From: Snowella sp.
GTDB lineage: Bacteria; Cyanobacteriota; Cyanobacteriia; Cyanobacteriales; Microcystaceae
Direction of reading: 5' to 3'
DNA length: 64,000 nucleotides
Assembly (NCBI GenBank): GCA_035285545.1
Contig: JAYKGY010000094.1
Location: 1 to 64,000 of the forward strand
Positions 61,118 through 64,000 of this stretch are shown here, in pieces. The position numbers and the translations under genes were made by a program. The notes beneath the pieces are model-generated. The model did not search any database, had not been told where the DNA came from, and worked only from the letters and a program-made list of their open reading frames with translations. Each line of letters starts with the position of its first letter. The first letter of the stretch is position 1.

Positions 61118-61813
61118 ATGGTAGCAACCCCTGTTCCGACCAATCCCTATGTCTTATTAGTGAGAACTGATGAGTCCTTAAGCCATAAAGCTAACGTAGA
61201 TTTACAAGAAGCGGGCTATATTCCCATTATTGTTGCGGATATTGATCAAGCCTGGATTGAGTTGAAACGGCAATATCCGGCCATGATTGTATTGGATCGA
61301 ATTCGGGCAGGCAATCAGGGGCTAAAGTTCTGTCAGCAATTACGGGAATTGGCCTATCCGGTCACGATTTTAATGCTGATTGAGAAGGAAACCATTGAAG
61401 AGCGGGTGGCTTGTTTAGAAGCGGGGGCTGATGATTATTTACTCAAGCCCTATCGTTCGGAGTCTTTTTTGCATCGAGTTCGTTTCTATCTCCAACCGTC
61501 GGAAAATCAACAGGAGCATTTGCAGTTTGGCAATTTAGTTTTAAACCTGAGTAATCGGCGTTTGTTTTTAGCGGGTAAGGAAATTGATTTGACCATGAAG
61601 GAATTTGAATTGCTCAAATATTTGATGTCCCATCCGAGAGACGTGGTTACCCGTGAGCAAATTTTAGAGCATGTTTGGGGCTACGATTTTCATGGAGAAT
61701 CAAATATTATTGAAGTCTATATTCGCTATCTCCGCCTGAAGATTGAAACGGATGGACAAAAACGTCTGATTCATACAGTTCGGGGGGTTGGCTATGTTTT
61801 AAAAGAAGCTTAG
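61118..61813 (+). CDS. OmpR-family response regulator with atypical receiver (NblR-like)
   Basis: GADDYLLKP, LTMKEFELL, SNIIEVYIRYLR, TVRGVGY. Confidence 0.85.
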   Translation: MVATPVPTNPYVLLVRTDESLSHKANVDLQEAGYIPIIVADIDQAWIELKRQYPAMIVLDRIRAGNQGLKFCQQLRELAYPVTILMLIEKETIEERVACLEAGADDYLLKPYRSESFLHRVRFYLQPSENQQEHLQFGNLVLNLSNRRLFLAGKEIDLTMKEFELLKYLMSHPRDVVTREQILEHVWGYDFHGESNIIEVYIRYLRLKIETDGQKRLIHTVRGVGYVLKEA

Positions 61814-61906
61814 AATAAGACGGTTTCCCTTGAGATTAATGGACTTACGGAAAGTTAAACGAACCCCCTACTTGCCAAGCATCATAACTGTAATCGGAGG
61901 GCAATA

Positions 61907-62401
61907 ATGCAACGACAAAAAATGGCCTATGGGATAGTTGCAGTTTTATTGCTTTGGGGATGTGTCAATTCCGAATTGTCCCTATCCCAGCCTCAAGCAG
62001 CACTAAGCCAAGCTCAAATGTTACCCATTGGCGCGATCGCGAAAGTAGAACAAAACGTCATTCAATTAGAAGTAGCCAAGACTCCCGAAGAACAGGCAAT
62101 GGGCCTAATGTTTAGAACGCATTTAGAAAAAGATCGTGGGATGATTTTTTTATTTTCCCCGCCTCGTATTACCCGCTTTTGGATGAAGAATACGTTGATT
62201 CCCTTAGACATGATCTTTCTGCGGGATGGCGTGATCCAATCCATTTCTCCTAAGGTTCCGCCTTGCAAAAGTGATCCCTGCCCCTCCTATGGCCCCTTTG
62301 TTGAGATTGATCAAGTGATTGAATTGGCTTCGGGACGGGCCGCCGAATTAGGTTTGAAACGCGGCGATCGCCTACACATCGAATTTCTAAAAACTCCGTA
62401 A
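61907..62401 (+). CDS. DUF192 family protein
   Basis: GLMFR, GMIF, FWMKNTLIPLDMIF, VIEL. Confidence 0.9.
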   Translation: MQRQKMAYGIVAVLLLWGCVNSELSLSQPQAALSQAQMLPIGAIAKVEQNVIQLEVAKTPEEQAMGLMFRTHLEKDRGMIFLFSPPRITRFWMKNTLIPLDMIFLRDGVIQSISPKVPPCKSDPCPSYGPFVEIDQVIELASGRAAELGLKRGDRLHIEFLKTP

Positions 62402-62965
62402 TTCCCTTTACGTATGTCCGTATCGGAATTTACAAAATTTAAGGATTTTTTTGTGATCTTAGTAACATAATTGCGTATAGTATATCAACGGATAGATTAT
62501 CGATCTGCCAAGGCAAGATACGTTGATTTGATCATCCAGCTAATGTCAACCCATTCTTGTCTCCCTGTCCTTAGTTATGACTTACAAAGTCAATCCCTAC
62601 CTTTAGCTTGATTAAGCTTGTCGGGTTGTTAAGTTCAAGGTTGTCTCGTTTGATCAATTTCCTAATCCATTCATTTTTGACTGACTTTTTACAAGCTCTT
62701 CACAAATTTTTCATAAAATTACGATAAACCTATGTCATTCGATCTTAATGATCTCAAAATAATCTTGAAGTTACTGTTTTCAGGAATGAGTCCTAACCCA
62801 TAAAATCTTTTTTTGCCAGACAGCCGATAGGCAGATTAATTTTGGACTTATTTTTGATCCTTCCTGATTCTATCCATAGACTCTTTTAAAACTGACTATT
62901 TTTTTCGCTATTAATTGGTTCGCGCTTTCAAAATGACAATTACACAACCCGATGGAATAACTCAC

Positions 62966-63160
62966 ATGTCCAATTCACCCTATTATGGTCTTTCCACTTT
63001 CTTGCGGGAAGAATTAGACCTTTCCCAAGACTCCCTCGCGATCGCTGAACGTTCAGTCGAACAGAATCACGGTCAATTACCGATTGTGCTATGGCAATAC
63101 GGCTTGATTAACTTGCAAGAACTAGAGCGTATCTACGATTGGTTAGATCAGGGGTATTAA
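62966..63160 (+). CDS. DUF2949 family protein
   Basis: FLREEL...LPIVLWQYGLINLQEL..IYDWL. Confidence 0.8.
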   Translation: MSNSPYYGLSTFLREELDLSQDSLAIAERSVEQNHGQLPIVLWQYGLINLQELERIYDWLDQGY

Positions 63161-63321
63161 AAACGCCGTTCCTCATCAGGATGATGGATAGAGAGCGATC
63201 CTTCGGTTGACAGAAAATAATTGACGTTTAATTCCTTCATTTCTTTCCTTTTCGTCTTAATCAAAATTTATCGGCTTCAACGGCCCCCTTCCAGACCAAG
63301 AGCACAGAATTCCATGGCGAA

Positions 63322-63948
63322 TTAATTGGACTGAGAGGGGGTTCCTTGACGGAAACGATTATTTAGCGCATTGGCAGGATTCGTTTTAGGCGGATTGGAT
63401 GAAGGCGCGTTATTGAACCCAGGCACTGGAGTCGGAAGCGGGGCTGGATTCGAGCTTGATGGCGGTGGGGCTGTTGGGGCTTGATTATCCCCTGCTGAGT
63501 TGGGGGGAGCCGTCAGTGGAGTTGTCGGTGGTGTCGCGGGACTCGGTACATTATTTTGATTCTTGGGCGGAGTGGCTGTCTTTTCTGATTTAGGCGTAGT
63601 ATCAAATCCCAGTAAAAACTGGCTATCTTGAAAATAATTAATCAACGGTTCAGGATTGGGATTACTTAACCATTGTTGACGGCTCATATTGACGCTTAAA
63701 ACCGGAGCAACAATGCCATTATTTTCACCAATGACCACAATCCGAACTTGATTGAGGGTAGAATTTTGACTAAAGCGGCTTTTGAGTTGACTGACTGTCA
63801 GCTTTGTCGCCCGTTGGATAAAGCTCCCATAGCTTTCATTTTGTTCACGAGAGAGGGTAAGGGGAACCTGGGTGACTTGGGCCAAAACAGCGGGGATGGG
63901 GGGCAACCCGAAGCTGACAAAAACACCGCTGAATAGAATTAAACTCAC
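63322..63948 (-). CDS. Hypothetical exported protein with Pro-rich C-terminus (start uncertain)
   Basis: Signal-peptide-like N-terminus, low-complexity Pro/Asn tail. Confidence 0.6.
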   Translation of the reverse strand: MSLILFSGVFVSFGLPPIPAVLAQVTQVPLTLSREQNESYGSFIQRATKLTVSQLKSRFSQNSTLNQVRIVVIGENNGIVAPVLSVNMSRQQWLSNPNPEPLINYFQDSQFLLGFDTTPKSEKTATPPKNQNNVPSPATPPTTPLTAPPNSAGDNQAPTAPPPSSSNPAPLPTPVPGFNNAPSSNPPKTNPANALNNRFRQGTPSQSN

Positions 63949-64000
63949 AGCATAACGAACAGACCAACACGAGTTAGCAATTTTTAATAATTTTGGGTTG

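Noticed and set aside
4227..63044. Abundant GCGATCGC octamers as a novel repeat
   Set aside because: Known cyanobacterial HIP1 sequence
4146..63936. Many 60-160 aa ORFs antisense to or out of frame within long genes (e.g. 10450-10929, 38310-38675, 50701-50988)
   Set aside because: Shadow ORFs with no recognisable motifs, overlapping well-supported genes

Overview
Cyanobacterial chromosomal window (many GCGATCGC HIP1 octamers; ndhS, ccaA, desB). Bases 1000-22514 are a complete type V-K CRISPR-associated transposon (CAST) inserted 63 bp downstream of a GTT PAM in tRNA-Thr(CGT). It contains the left end, a tRNA-homing spacer, an IS that splits the homing repeat, a 14-repeat array, tracrRNA, cas12k, a MerR-type cvkR, type I R-M plus HEPN cargo, tniQ-tnsC-tnsB and the right end. 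Most notable: an AddAB/AdnAB-like helicase-nuclease pair directly continues the tnsB-tnsC-tniQ gene run (gaps of 10 bp or less). A second candidate novel system lies at about 31.1-48.5 kb. It has duplicated EthD-domain multi-domain fusions (VOC, SRPBCC, SnoaL), a CMD protein, a bicupin and a 1500-aa multicopper oxidase with an N-terminal dirigent/allene-oxide-cyclase-like motif, next to a porin, DoxX, a CDF transporter and PfpI, with no PKS/NRPS. The remainder is mostly housekeeping DNA. All family assignments come from motif recognition by eye; no database searches were run.
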